64,000 nt of DNA, from positions 51,150,001 to 51,214,000 of the forward strand of contig NC_042998.1 in assembly GCF_006345805.1 (NCBI RefSeq). The letters are read 5' to 3'. The notes under the pieces were generated by a model, which was not told the origin of the DNA, did no database searches, and worked only from the letters and a program-made list of their open reading frames with translations. The stretch is from Octopus sinensis. Lineage: Eukaryota. Below, piece by piece: positions 50,324 through 63,471 of this stretch; position 1 is the stretch's first letter; each line of letters begins with the position of its first letter. The translations under genes were made by a program, and so were the position numbers.

Positions 50324-51790
50324 TTGGGCGTAAGTTTGTTAATCCATTAATCATTAATTAATGAAGTTAACATTTCTGTGAATGATTTAACTTTTAAGTT
50401 AACTTTGAAAATCATTATCGGACCAATTAACTTCTGTTATATTTAGCTTCCATTAACTCAAATCCGTTAACCCAAAAGTCATCTACTGCAGCCGCTTTTA
50501 GTCAACACAATTTTGCCCCCTTGGTCGACGCAGTTTTGGACCCTTAGTCAATGCAGTTTTGGCAGACATTGACAAAAGAATTGTGACCCTCCTGGATGAT
50601 GAGGAATGCCACCTGGCTGCTGCCTTCCACCCCAGGCTTCATTTCATTTAGTTGGATAGATATGATAGCACCAAGATCACCAATGTGAGGAGAAGCATGA
50701 AGGATAAGATCAAGGAGACCATGAAGCAACAGTCTAAGGAAGTGAGCAGCAACAATGAAGAGGATGAGAGGATGACTTCTGTGGTGTCACCCAACAAAAA
50801 GAGAGCAGATACCACAGGTCACTGAAGGACAAGGCCCAGAATTCAGTAAAGACCTGGTTGGAGACCAACTCCAAAGATCTACTGACAGATGCTGTCTTCT
50901 TGAGTGAGCAAGTGTTGGTGGACTTGTTTACGAAGTTCAACACAGCCATCCCTTCAAGTGCTGCAATTGAACATTTATTTTCCATGGGCAAGGACATCTT
51001 GAGTGCCAAGAGATCGTCCTTGTTTGATGAAAATTTTAGTATGTTAAAAGATACAGAAATGATTTATTCTCAAATGCCTGATAATGCTAATACAATAGCA
51101 TGAACAGGATAAACTATTCATATAGTGCAGAAAAATTTGTTACTGGCCAGCCAGCCATGAGACTCAAACTCACATGCCTGTGACGCATAATCACAGGGAT
51201 ATGAGTTCAAATCTCATGGCTGACCAGTAACGAATTTTTCTGCAATATATGGATAGTTTATCCTGTTCATGCTATTGTATTAGCATTATCAGGCATTTGA
51301 GAATAAATTATTTCTTTACCTTTCAATACATCTCAATGCTTCTAAAGCAAATTTTGTTTACTTTCATCGTAAGTTGAATTTAGTATGTGAATTTTCATGA
51401 AGGCAACATGAATCTCATCAACAAAATGGAGAAGAGGAAAAATTAAATTATGCATATATTGTGTTTTTCATTTTTGTTTTATTTTTTCACAGCTACATTA
51501 TCAATAAACTTTGTTTAGTTTAATATTAATATTGTGTTTCATTTCATGTTTTTTATGTTTTTTTTTGCTTTTATCCTTTTCTAGGTCTAAAAGCCTTTGA
51601 AACCCTAAAAAGGGCCAAAACTATGAAATCAGCCTTTTTTAGGCCCTTTGAAATTTAAAACTATAAAAACAAAATTTTTTTAACTCTAAGCAAAAACAAA
51701 AACAAAAAGAACTAGTTTTTAGGTTCTAAAGCCCTCAAAAAGGCCAAAAAAGTTGATTTTATAGTTTTGGCACATTTTAACCCTTTAGTG
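50324..51790 (+). mobile_element. hAT transposon relic with C-terminal dimerisation domain (split by the 51045-51378 insert)
   Basis: KFNTAIPSSAAIEHLFSMGKDILSAKRSSLFDENFSM resumes as ..FM(K)GNMN after the insert. Outer boundaries are approximate. Confidence 0.75.
51045..51378. mobile_element. Fold-back retro-insertion centred on a tRNA-like 3' half, inserted in a hAT transposase relic
   Basis: Arms of about 140 bp. 10-bp TSD TTTAGTATGT (51035-51044, 51379-51388). Centre is TGTGA-CGCATAA-TCACA-GGGAT-ATGAG-TTCAAAT-CTCAT. Confidence 0.7.
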
Positions 51791-52519
51791 TTTAGGAAAA
51801 AAGCTGGTAAATATGTCAGTGTGAACACAAATAGCTGTTACATGGTAGTAGGGCATGCTAGAAACAGCAGCCAAATCTTTCCTTTTCTATATGAATGATA
51901 TATATGATATATATATATATGAATGATACAGTTCTTTCAGTTTCAGTCTACCACAAGGCTTTGGTCAGCTTGAGGCTATAGTATAAGGTACCATACAGTG
52001 GGATTGAACCCAGAACCATGCAGTTGGGAAACAAGCTTCTTACCGCACAGCCAGTCATTTGACTGCAGCCAAACTGGGGCACATCCTTGAAGGATTTTAG
52101 TCAAATAATCAACCCCAGTACTTATTTTTTAAAACCTGATACTTATTCTATCAGTCCCTTTTGCCAAATCACTATGTTATAGGAACATAAACAATCCAAC
52201 ACTGGTTGTCAAGGGGTAATCAAGACAAAGCACACACACAGACATGCATACAAATATACACATATACATACATACATACACACATACACATACACATATA
52301 TACATACATACACATATATACTTACATACATATGCACATACATATATACATACATACATACATACATACATATATTTATGACAAGCTACTTTCAGTTTCC
52401 ATCTACTAAATCCACTCACAAGGCTTTGGCTGCCCAGTGCTACAGTAGAGGACATTTGCCCAAGATTCCACACAGTAGAACTGAACCTCAAACCATGTGG
52501 TTGGGTAGCTTACTTCTTA

Positions 52520-52940
52520 TTTCTTTATTGCCCACAAGGGGCTAGACATAGAGGGGACAAACAAGGACATACAAAGGGTTTTTAAGTCAATTACATTAAC
52601 CCTACTGCGTAACTGTTACTTAATTTATTGACCCCAAAAGGATGAAAGGCAAAGTCAACCTCAGCAGAACTTGAACTCAGAAAGTAGCGGCAGGCAAAAA
52701 ACCTATTTCTTTACTACCCTCAAGGGATTAAACACAGAGAGGACAAACAAGGACAGACAAATGGATTAAGTTGATTATATCGACCCTAGTGTATAATTGG
52801 TACTTAATTTATTGACCCCGAAAAGATGAAAGGCAAAGTCGACCTCAGCGGAATTTGAACTCAGAATGTAGCGGCAGACAAAATACCGCTAAGCATTTCA
52901 TCTGGTGTGCTGATGTTTCTGCCAGCTCGCCACCTTTAAC
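52520..52940 (-). mobile_element. SINE family B tandem dimer. Other copies at about 17946-18360, 18603-18788, 31930-32105, 34791-35148, 57170-57620
   Basis: GAGTTCAAATTCC B-box and conserved GCCTTTCATCCTTTCGGGGTCGATAAA..AGTACCAG middle. 14-bp TSD TAGCTTACTTCTTA. Confidence 0.85.
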
Positions 52941-53107
52941 TAGCTTACTTCTTACCACACAGCCACACCTGCTTACCTTATAAAATTGTCTTTTTCTAAA
53001 ATTAGCCATGTGGGACTCTCTCTGTCAATCAAACCTCTAGAAATAGTAACCAGATCTATCTGCAAGTAACACTGTACTGTTTTACATAGAGAAATGATAC
53101 ATCAGAA

Positions 53108-53363
53108 CAGTAGCTTTCAACTATTTTTTACTTATGGACACCCATTAGTTTCTATTTTGCTCAGTTGGATCCTTATGGCCATTCAATGGCTAAAAACTTC
53201 TATTGTATTTTTACAAGTAAATATTAGGAACTGTATTTTTAAAAAATTGTTAAAATATTTTGTGTTTTGTAGAAATATAACCAGTTTATTGCACATAAAG
53301 TTTTAGCAACAAAATTTCATGTGGACCCCTAAAAGTCATATAGACCCTCATTGAGAACCACTG
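53108..53363. mobile_element. hAT MITE, same family as 35411-35903 (empty version)
   Basis: Colinear with the 35.4-kb copy once its SINE is removed. Ends TTGAGAACCACTG. Confidence 0.7.
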
Positions 53364-54703
53364 CGTTAGATGATGTAGTTCATGATTCACCAAAACAGAC
53401 AAGATGGTCAATAGCTGGAATACATTTCATAAATCTGTTCAATGGCTAACCTATGGCTAGACAAGAACAGCTTTTAAAATTTATCACATTACAGATAAGA
53501 TTTTAATATTTACTGAGCAAAATTTTGTTTCCAAATTATTTTGGCTTTTTGGTAATGCATTTGCATTGTACAGCAACTGGCAGCTAATCTAAGATTTTGA
53601 TAATTCTATTAATTATAAAGTTTTATGGCATTAGAAAAATTACATTAGGATTTCACAAATGCATGTGATTAAAAATTTAGGTTAAACCTGATTTCATTTG
53701 AAAATTATTTAAGATAAAAAAAAATTTTTAAGAGAGACTCTATGTGGTCACTTGACCAGCTAAATATAACAACCAAATCTCCATCATAATAATTACATTT
53801 CATGGGTTCAGACCCAATGTGCTGCACCTTGGGTAAGCATCTTCTACGATAGCTCCAGGTCAACCAAAGTTTTTTTATGAGTGGATTTGCTACACAGTGA
53901 TACAAAGATGCCCATGTGGAGATGTATGGCTTAGTGGTTATAGTGTTAAACTCATGATCATAAGAGTGTGGTTTCTATTCCTGGACTGGACAATGCATTG
54001 TGTTCTTGAGCAAAACACTTCATTTCACATTGCTCCAGTCCACTCAGTTTATAAAAATGAGTAATCCTGCGATGGACCAGCGTCCCATCCAAGTGGGGAA
54101 TATATATACTAGAAAACTGGGAAACCAGCCCTTATGAATCACCACAACTCGAGAAAGTAACTTAACCCTTTTTTTTTAAAGAAGCCCATTGTGTGTGTAC
54201 ATGTATGTGTGTGCACGCATGTGTGCACGCATGTGTGTGCACGCATGTGTGTGCACGCATGTGTGTGTGCACGCATGTGTGTGTGTGTTTACCTTGACAT
54301 CATGTGATGACTGTAAATGGGCATCACCATTATACAAATGACGTAATTTGTTTCCAGTCTCCCTTGAAAAGCCTGTCTAGCCATATGGAAATATACTTTA
54401 CATGGAAACAAATGAGGGTTGGCAACAGGAAGTATATCCAGCTGTTAAAAATCAGGCCTTGATGAATTCTGTCTCACCCTCACAAGCATGGATAAGTGGA
54501 CATTAAAATGATGATGATGATGATGATGGCAGTGATGATGATGACCATTATCATGATCGTGATCGTGATGTAAGTGTTAGGGTTAGTAACCCACTGGTGC
54601 TGGGGGCCACATAAAAAGCACCCAGTACGCTTATGTAAAGGGGTTGGTGTTAGGAAGGGCATCCACAGAAACCATGCCAGAACAGACATTGCTGGTGCTG
54701 GTG

Positions 54704-54908
54704 CTGTTGTTGTTGTTGTTAAGCAACAAGACAAGTAAGGGTGATTAGGTGATGGTCTAGGGCTTAGGGGCGGGAGACCCCAGACCTTGGGAAAAAAAAA
54801 ACTTTGGTCGTCTTGTAGTCGAGGGCTCATCATTGTCACCCGACACCACTGGGAGGTGGACCTCGAAGTCGCTGGAAATGGAGATCTCCAGGTCCAAATT
54901 CTTGGACG
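54704..54908 (-). mobile_element. Young 205-bp 5'-truncated retro-insertion with (CAA)n tail
   Basis: 13-bp perfect TSD GCTGGTGCTGGTG (54691-54703, 54909-54921). CpG-rich. Confidence 0.75.
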
Positions 54909-55339
54909 GCTGGTGCTGGTGTCACTTAAAAAGCACTCAGTCCTCATTGTAAGGCGGTTGGTGTTAGGAGGGGCATCCAGCCATAGAAATCAGGTCAGAA
55001 GAGACAATGGATCCTGGTGTTCCCCAGTCCCCAGCCTTACCAGCTCCTGTCAAACTGTCAAATCCATCCCAGCATGGAAAACAGATGTTAAATGATGATG
55101 ATGATGTTAACTCTTTTGCTATTTCACTTGTTTCAGTCATTTGACTGTGACCATGCTGGAGCACTGCTTTTTAGTCAAGCAAATCAACCCCAGGACTTAT
55201 TCTTTGTAAGCCTAGTACTTATTCTATCGGTCTCTTTTGCCGAACCGCTAAGTTATGGGGACATAAACACACCAGCATCGGTTGTCAAGTGATATTGGTG
55301 GGGAACAAACACAGACACACAAATATAATACACACACAC

Positions 55340-55383
<44 letters not shown>

Positions 55384-57889
55384 GACAGGCTTCTTCCAGT
55401 TTCCGTCTACCAAATTCACTCACAAGGCTTTGGTCGGCCCGAGGCTATAATAGAAGAAGACACTTGCCCAAGGTGCCATGCAGCGGGACTGAACCCAGAA
55501 CCATGTGGGTGGTCAGCAAGCTACTTACCACACAGCCATTCCTACGCCTATGATGATGATATGCTATGTATATGATTTTTATTCGCTCATCACTTACATT
55601 TGTACATTTGCATCCTCCTTTGTTCTTTCAGTCTCTTCATCCCTGTCTTAACACTTGCAACGTTGTCATTTGATCTTGTCAAATTTCTGCTTGTTCTGGC
55701 AATTGTGCAGCATGTCACTTTGGATTTTCTTATTCATTCTTTCCATCGCCTGGTTTTCTATGTTATTTTAAAGTTTCTCCCAGAGCATTATTAGTTCTTG
55801 TCTTCACAAAATCCCATTCTGCTTGATATATTCCAAATCTCTTTCATTTCTGCACCTTTGTTCCTTCGGGTAACTTCAGAAAAATATGGCGAATTTAGTT
55901 CTGCACAAAACAGATCTAGCTAACTCTGAAGAAGTGAGGGATGGTGTGGAGTCGGTCACGAGCCCTAAATCTCATGAGGCCAGAGCTTAACCTTCTTGGG
56001 ACACCCAGGCCGATTCATCAGTCCAAGTGATACAAGCTGAAAGGTCTTTGAGACCGATCCATCAGCCTGATGGAACAAATGTTGTAAATGGTTAGTTTTT
56101 AAGTGTAATAGCTAATCAGAGATTATCTTTCTGTAGATGGATCTCAATAGAAAAAGAATTTGGTCTTTTCAGGCTACACATACCAAAACACCATGTGTCT
56201 CAAAAGGGTTAATCTGATTCCCATGGCATATAAGCAACCGAGATTACAACATTTGCTGAAGAACTGGAGACTGATGTGTCACTGGGAAAACTTCCCAGCC
56301 ATTGCTGGAACTCATTTATGGCTGAGTGGACCTGGTGCAGAATGAAATGAAATGTTTTTTTTTTACTCAAAAATACACAACGCACCACCACCCTGCCAAG
56401 AATGGAAACCACAATCTTGTGATTATTAATGCAACACACTAACCACTAGGGTCATATGCCTTTACTGCTGAATCTGGATAAAAAATAAAGGATAAAGCAC
56501 TTTCATAAGTAATATAGGTTCATAAGGCCATTTTCCAAGTGTCTATGGTATATATATTCCCTCCACATGGCTCAGTGGTTAGAGCATCGAGCTCATAATA
56601 ATGTAGTGAGTTCAATTCCTTAATGGGCCAGTGTGTTGTATTTTGAGCCAAACACTTTATTTCACATTGCTCCAGTTCACTCAGCTGAAGAAGTGAGTCA
56701 CGATGTCACTGGTGCCAAGCTGTAACGGCCTTTGCCTTTCCCTTGGATAACATCAATGGCATGGAGAGAGGAGGTTGGTATGCATCAGCAGCTGCTGGTC
56801 TTCCACAAACAACCTTGCCCAGATTTGTGCCTCAGAGGGGAACTTTCTTGGTGCAATCCAATGGTCATTCATGACAGAAGGGCATCTTAGCTTTATATTC
56901 CCCACTTTTTGCTAACTGAGTGAACAGGAGCAACATGAAATGAAGCGTTTTACTCAAGAAAACAATGCATTGCTTAGTCCAGGGATCGAAACCACAATCT
57001 TACAATCATGAGTCAAACATATCTGACCACTAAGCCATGCACCTCTACTCTGAATCTGGACGACCCTATAAAGTACCAAACTTTTCTACATCCCTTGATT
57101 CTTAGTGGTTTGAAATATTTTTTGTGAACTATGCCTAATTTTAAATATCATTATATTTTCTTCAATTTAAAGGCAACAAGCTAGCAGAATCGTTAGCACG
57201 CCAGACAAAATGTTTAACGGTATGTCATCTGGTTTTACTTTCTGAGTTCAAATTCCACTGAGGTCGACTTTACCTTTCCCCCTTTCAGGGTCGATAAAAT
57301 AAGCACCAGTTATACACTGGGGGAAAAAAGGCGGGGTCAGTGTAATTGCCTAGCCCTCTACCCTCAAATTTCAGAAAGGATTACCTTATCTTCAACTTAA
57401 AGGTGGCAAGCTGGCAGAATCATTAGTGCAGCAGAAAAAATGCTCAGCAGCATTTCTTCTCAATGTTCATGTCATTCTGTGTTCAAATCCCACCATGGTC
57501 AACTTTGTCTTTTATTCTTCCAAGGTCAATAAAATAAAGCACCAATTAAGCGCTGGGGTTCACATAATAAACTTAGCCTTGCCCCTACTGTTGCTGGCCT
57601 TGTGGCAGAATTTTAAACATCACTTTATTATCTTTCATTTAACTATTTTGTAATGATTTTAATCAATTTCTGTCTCTGTCAAAAAACTCGAGACATAGCT
57701 TTTTCAATATTTATTTTATTCTCATTAGATTTTTGAATCTTCTGGATGTTTGTCAACCACTCTATTTTCTATTTTGCTTTACTCAATTGTTTATATATTT
57801 TAATTGTTTTTATGTTGTTGTGTAGGTTTTTTTTCACATTGTGTAATTGACAAGCTAAACAGATAGCAGGACAAACATTTGTATTAAAG

Positions 57890-58534
57890 ACACACACACA
57901 CCTACATTCATACATACATACATACACACACAAACACACAAATACATACATACACACTACATACATACATGTACACACACACACATACATACATACAAAT
58001 ACATGTACACAAATACACACATGCACCTGTACCTATAAGACACACACACATACACACCTGTACCTATAACACACACATACACACACACATAAGTATATAC
58101 ATACACACACAAACACACAAATACATACATACATGTACACACACACATACATACAAATATATGTACACAAATACACACATGCACCTGTACCTTTAAGACA
58201 CACACATACACACCTGTACCTATAACACACACATACACACACACACATAAGTATATACAAACACACTACATACACACACACACATAAATACATACATACT
58301 ACATACATACCGAAATACCCACATACACAAACAAATACATATATACATGCACACGCACACGCACACACACACACACACACACAAGTACACACCTGTACCT
58401 ATAACACACACATACACACACACACATAAGTATATACGTACACACTACATACACACACACACACACACATAAATACATACATACTACATACATACCTAAA
58501 TACCCACATACACAAACAAATACATATATACATG

Positions 58535-58570
<36 letters not shown>

Positions 58571-58585
58571 CACACATACATACAT
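57890..58585. repeat. Complex CA-rich repeat with 170-180-bp higher-order duplications
   Basis: CACCTGTACCT recurs five times among (CA)n/(TACA)n tracts. Confidence 0.7.
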
Positions 58586-60173
58586 ATCTATATACAGAAT
58601 AATAGATATTGAAGCTCTATTATATAAATTTTAAAATTTGCTGAGCATGATGACAAATGTTAAAAGCAACAAAAAGAAAAGTTTAAAAATTACGCCAGCA
58701 ATTTGTAAGAGAAACTTCCAAGTGTCAAAATTTAGTGAAATACAACAAATTCATATCAAAGAAAATTGTATTATGATGAAGATAGATTAACATATATGAG
58801 AAAAGAAAAATAAATAAAAGGTAATGACTTTAGTTGAAATAGTTTCAAGACATTTGAAAAACAAAGCACACCGCTTCTCAATTAACTTGCTGTACAATAG
58901 ATTTTATTTACCAAAGTTGTAGATGGACTGACATACAGACAGTTGACTTTAAAACACATCATTGTCATCATCATCATCATCATCATCATTATCATCGTTG
59001 TCATTATCAGTGTTTCTACATCTGTTTCTTCGATGCCAGCATGGATCAAATGAGAGTTACTGAGGCTGTATTTTACGGCTGGATGCCTCTCCTGTCACCC
59101 ATCATTAATTGTGTTTCAAATAAGGTATGTTCTATACGAATGGCTTTCACATATCTTCTATCATTTACCTCTTACCTGTTTCAGTCATTTGATTGCAATC
59201 TTCCAGGGGTACCACCTTGAAAAATGTTTAGTCAAATGAATTGCCTCCAATACTTATTATTATTTTTTAAGCCTGGTACCCACTCTATTGATCTCTTTTA
59301 CCAAACCACTAAGTTACAGGGAAATAAACACACCAGCAATGATTGTCAAACGGTGGTGGGAGACAAACACAGACACAAAGACACTCACAAACACATACAT
59401 ACACACACACAAACATAATAGGCTTCTTTCAGTTTTCATCTACAAAAGCTGCTCATAAAGCATTGGTTGGCATAAGGCTGTAGTAGAAGATGCTTGCCCA
59501 AGATCCCATGCAGTGGAACTGAACCCAGAACCACGTGGTTGGGAAGCAAGCTTCTTACCAGACACCCACGTCTGTGCCTATAACAAAAACTGCTAAATAA
59601 TGGGATATTTTGTTTATGAATTATAGACAAACTGTTACCATTTTTGCTTGTAAGGGGACAATGTGAAGAATCATGCATACATATGTACTAACATATAGGG
59701 GAGGAGTTTCCATGTGGTTACTATATAGCAAATTTCTCTCACAAAAGCATTGGTCAGCCTGAAACAAGTAAAAGAGTAAGGAGTATATATATTTGCAAGT
59801 ACTTGGTGACCTTGTCAGTGCAGGTGCCACTTAAAAGCACCCAGTCCACACTGTAAAGTGGTTGGTGTTTGGAAGGGCATCCAGCTGTAAAAACTGGACC
59901 TCGCCAAAACTGACCTCTCCTGTGCTTGTGCCACGTAAAAAGCACTAAGTCCTCTCTGATGAGTGGTTGGTGTTAGGAGGGGGAATGAAGCAGCAAAATT
60001 CCTGCCAAAACAGTTACAGAAGTCTGGTGCAGGCTTCCGCCTGGTCGGCTCTTGTCAAAACATCCCACCCATTCCAGCATGGAAGGCAGATGTTAAACAA
60101 TGATGATGATGATGATGATATATATAGTAGAAGCTTGGTTTACCAATGTGCATATATATATATATATATATAT

Positions 60174-60468
60174 AGCAATTAAGGGTTTAGCAACGAATTG
60201 CCTCACCACACACCGAATTTAGAAATAGCAGTCAAAGAGTTATAGCTATTCTTTCTACTAAAAGGGAGATCTCCCTTTTAGTAGAAAGAATAGCTATAAC
60301 TCTTTGACTGCTATTTCTAAATTCGGTGTGTGGTGAGGCAATTTGTTGCTAAACCCTTAATTGCTTAGTATTACTTAAATTTTCCTCGAATGAGGCTTTT
60401 ACATGCCGAAATCTACTTGGTGTAATTAATAATTATTCCAAATTAATTAATTTCACCCTTTATTGTTA

Positions 60469-60472
<4 letters not shown>
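60174..60472. mobile_element. PLE-like fold-back with a spacer-less 192-bp palindrome (60174-60365)
   Basis: 96-bp arms centred on AGATCT (60267-60272) with one mismatch (60195/60344). Flanked by (TA)n. A diverged non-palindromic relative lies at about 41790-42090. Confidence 0.75.
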
Positions 60473-60553
<81 letters not shown>

Positions 60554-60703
60554 GTATATGTATAGGTATATATATACATATATATATATAATATATATAT
60601 ATATTCATGCATGTATGTATATATGTATATATATATGTATATATATATATACATATATGTATGTATATATATGTATATGCATAAATATATATATACATAT
60701 GTA

Positions 60704-60745
<42 letters not shown>

Positions 60746-60918
60746 ATATATATATACATATGTAAGTATATATATATAAGTATATATATATATACAAATG
60801 GCGGTGCCCCAGCATGGCCACAGCTCATAAGCTGAAACTGGAAAAATCAAAAATCAAAATCATATATGTATATATATATATGCATGCATGTATGTATATA
60901 TATGTGTGTGTGTGTGTG

Positions 60919-60965
<47 letters not shown>

Positions 60966-61155
60966 ATTAATGATTATATAAGTTGCTGCTTTATATTGCA
61001 GTCATTTTTATCTTTTGATGACTTAGAGAATTGTATTGAAATGACCATAGATTTGTTGTCAGTCGTAAATGAAAGAAATATTGACTACTTTTTGTAAGGT
61101 ATTGAATAATTTTTCAAATTATAGCCTACGCAATATGAGTGTGTATGTGTTAGTG

Positions 61156-61208
<53 letters not shown>

Positions 61209-61269
61209 ATATATATACACACACATATATATATACACACATACATATACACATATACATACATACATA

Positions 61270-61594
61270 TAAAGACTCCGCCGGTTACGACGACGAGGGT
61301 CCCAGCTGATACGATCAACGGAACAGCTTGCTCGTGAAATTAACGTGCAAATGGCTGAGCATTCCACAGACACGTGTACCCTTAACGTAGTTCTCGGGGA
61401 TAATCAGCGTGACACAGAGAGTGACAAGGCTGACCCTTTGAAATACAAGTACAACTCATTTTTGCCAGCTGAGTGGACTGGAGCAACGTGAAATAAAGTG
61501 TCTTGCTCAAGGACACAACGCGTTGCCGGGAATCGAACTCACAACCTTACGATCATGAGCCGAATGCCCTAACCACTAAGCCACGCGCCCTCAC
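61270..61594 (-). mobile_element. Young tRNA-derived SINE, head E plus tail 2. Older head-E copies at about 22625-22920, 29234-29567, 39405-39657, 53916-54170, 56566-56892
   Basis: Near-identical to 25473-25798. Confidence 0.9.
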
Positions 61595-62180
61595 TTTACA
61601 TACATATATATATATATACACACACACACACATATACATACATACATACATACATATATATACTCACATATATATATAGTGTGTAGGTGTGTATAGATAT
61701 ATGTATGTATGCATAAACATATATATATTTAGGTTTAGTGATGCAAATAAAGAAAATAGAACACAGAACATGAATATATATGTTTTTCATTAATAATTGA
61801 CAGAAGTTACACAATGGCTCAAGGGCCAAGTGTCTCAGACATAGCAGGTGCATAAAAAAGTGCTGATCACTTAAAACAGGTGGAACTTGTTGAGGAGGAA
61901 GACCCAGGAAGCACTGAAGGTCAATCTCAAGATGCTGGGTCCCATAGAGGAGATGACAGACGACTGAGATATTTGGTGCCTTGCTGTGCTTGGGAAGACC
62001 CATCCACCAAGATAGAATTAATATCCTAAAACCATCTTGGTAAATGTTTGTATGTGCGAAGGTCTTCCCCACCTCAATTCTCATTGCCCTGTCAAGTTTC
62101 ATCTATATTACATTCCTTAACACTCATCACTTCCTTATCTCAGGTATTATTTAACTACCACAATCACCTGAGAGCAGATA

Positions 62181-62410
62181 TGACTTGACTTGACTTGACA
62201 GCATTCACCCTGGGTGGGTTGAGCTGGCTTCATTCATCCTCAATGCTGCATCTCTCACAAATGCCGACCAGGTCTGGCAATTTGAGGCTAACAACCGCGT
62301 GATCTCCAGCCACTCCTTATTCCAGCGGTGAACGCCGTAGATATGGGGGCCTAGGTTGGGTTCCAGATAAGCCTTGACTGTCATCAGCCAGGTTTTTTCT
62401 TGTCCTTCAA
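62181..62410 (-). mobile_element. RTE-like LINE 3' end with (CAAGT)n tail
   Basis: GQEKTWLMTVKAYLEPNLGPHIYGVHRWNKEWLEITRLLASNCQTWSAFVRD followed by a short tandem tail. Confidence 0.7.
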
Positions 62411-62622
62411 ATATTCTTCATGTATATTGCAGATATGGCACATACTACATCCCCTCCCTTTTGTTACCTTTGTCTTTCCTCCCCCACTCCAGAACCACTT
62501 CCATTCCTCATAATCTTCCTCCAGCCATGTTCTCTCTTTTCTGCCATATTCCATCATCCATGCATAACACCTCTTTTATCACACAGCCTTGTCCACAGTA
62601 AGTTCTTACATTTATATATGTG

Positions 62623-62662
<40 letters not shown>

Positions 62663-62756
62663 CATATATATATATATATACATAAACATATATATGTATA
62701 TATATATACACACACATATTATACATATAGATATAGACATAGATATATAGATATAG

Positions 62757-63065
62757 ACAACTTATAAATAAATGTGAAGGGACAAAATTACATATTTACC
62801 GCTGATGACGAGAAAATTCTTTATGAATTAACTCAGAAATCGGACCAATTCGGTAATAACAGAATTTTTTAGAAATTTCTGTCAGCTTGCTTCGAGACAG
62901 ATGATGAATTAATTATATGTGGTCGTTAACGATTATTTAAAGTCTTTTCTCAGCATGTTAGGCATCGAAATGTTTTTCTTTTGCCATTATTTATAAGTTG
63001 TTTATAAATTTCACCTTAAAAGGTATTTTTTAATATGCTAGCCACTGACAAAATTTTTTGAAATG
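62757..63065 (+). mobile_element. Diverged relative of the 46.4-kb hammerhead element
   Basis: Shares gaattttttagaaatttctgtca and ttgtttataaattt.acc..aaaggtat.ttttaatatgct with 46990-47220. A 15-bp inverted 5' piece (62757-62771) is the reverse complement of 62987-63001. Confidence 0.7.
62796..62856 (+). ncRNA. Minimal type-I hammerhead ribozyme (slightly decayed)
   Basis: UUACCG-CUGAUGA-CGAG..AAUUC/GAAUU..CUCA-GAAA-UCGG-A-CCAA-UU|CGGUAA. Stem I is a perfect 6 bp; stems II and III each have one mismatch. Confidence 0.7.
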
Positions 63066-63300
63066 TTATCTATATTAGATGATATATATAGATATGCATA
63101 CACACACACACACACATATGGTGCTGATGCCAAATAAAAAGCACCCAGTCCACTCTGTAAAGTGGTTGGTCTTAGAAGGTGCATCCAGCACTTGGAGCAA
63201 TCCTCTAGCTTACCAACTGTTCAGCTGATGCTAGCATGAAAGATGGACATTAAATGACGACGATGATGATGATATATATGAGTATGTGTGTGAGTGTATA

Positions 63301-63342
<42 letters not shown>

Positions 63343-63435
63343 TAAATTCATATATATATATATATATATACACACATAAATTCATATATATATATATATA
63401 TATATACATATAAATATATCTGTGTGTGTGTGTGT

Positions 63436-63471
<36 letters not shown>

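Noticed and set aside
54577-54586. TTAGGGTTAG telomeric seed
   Set aside because: Fewer than two repeats, which is expected by chance.
60387-60420. Hammerhead-like CGAATGA-GGC..GCC-GAAA
   Set aside because: Two core mismatches and no clear stems I or III.
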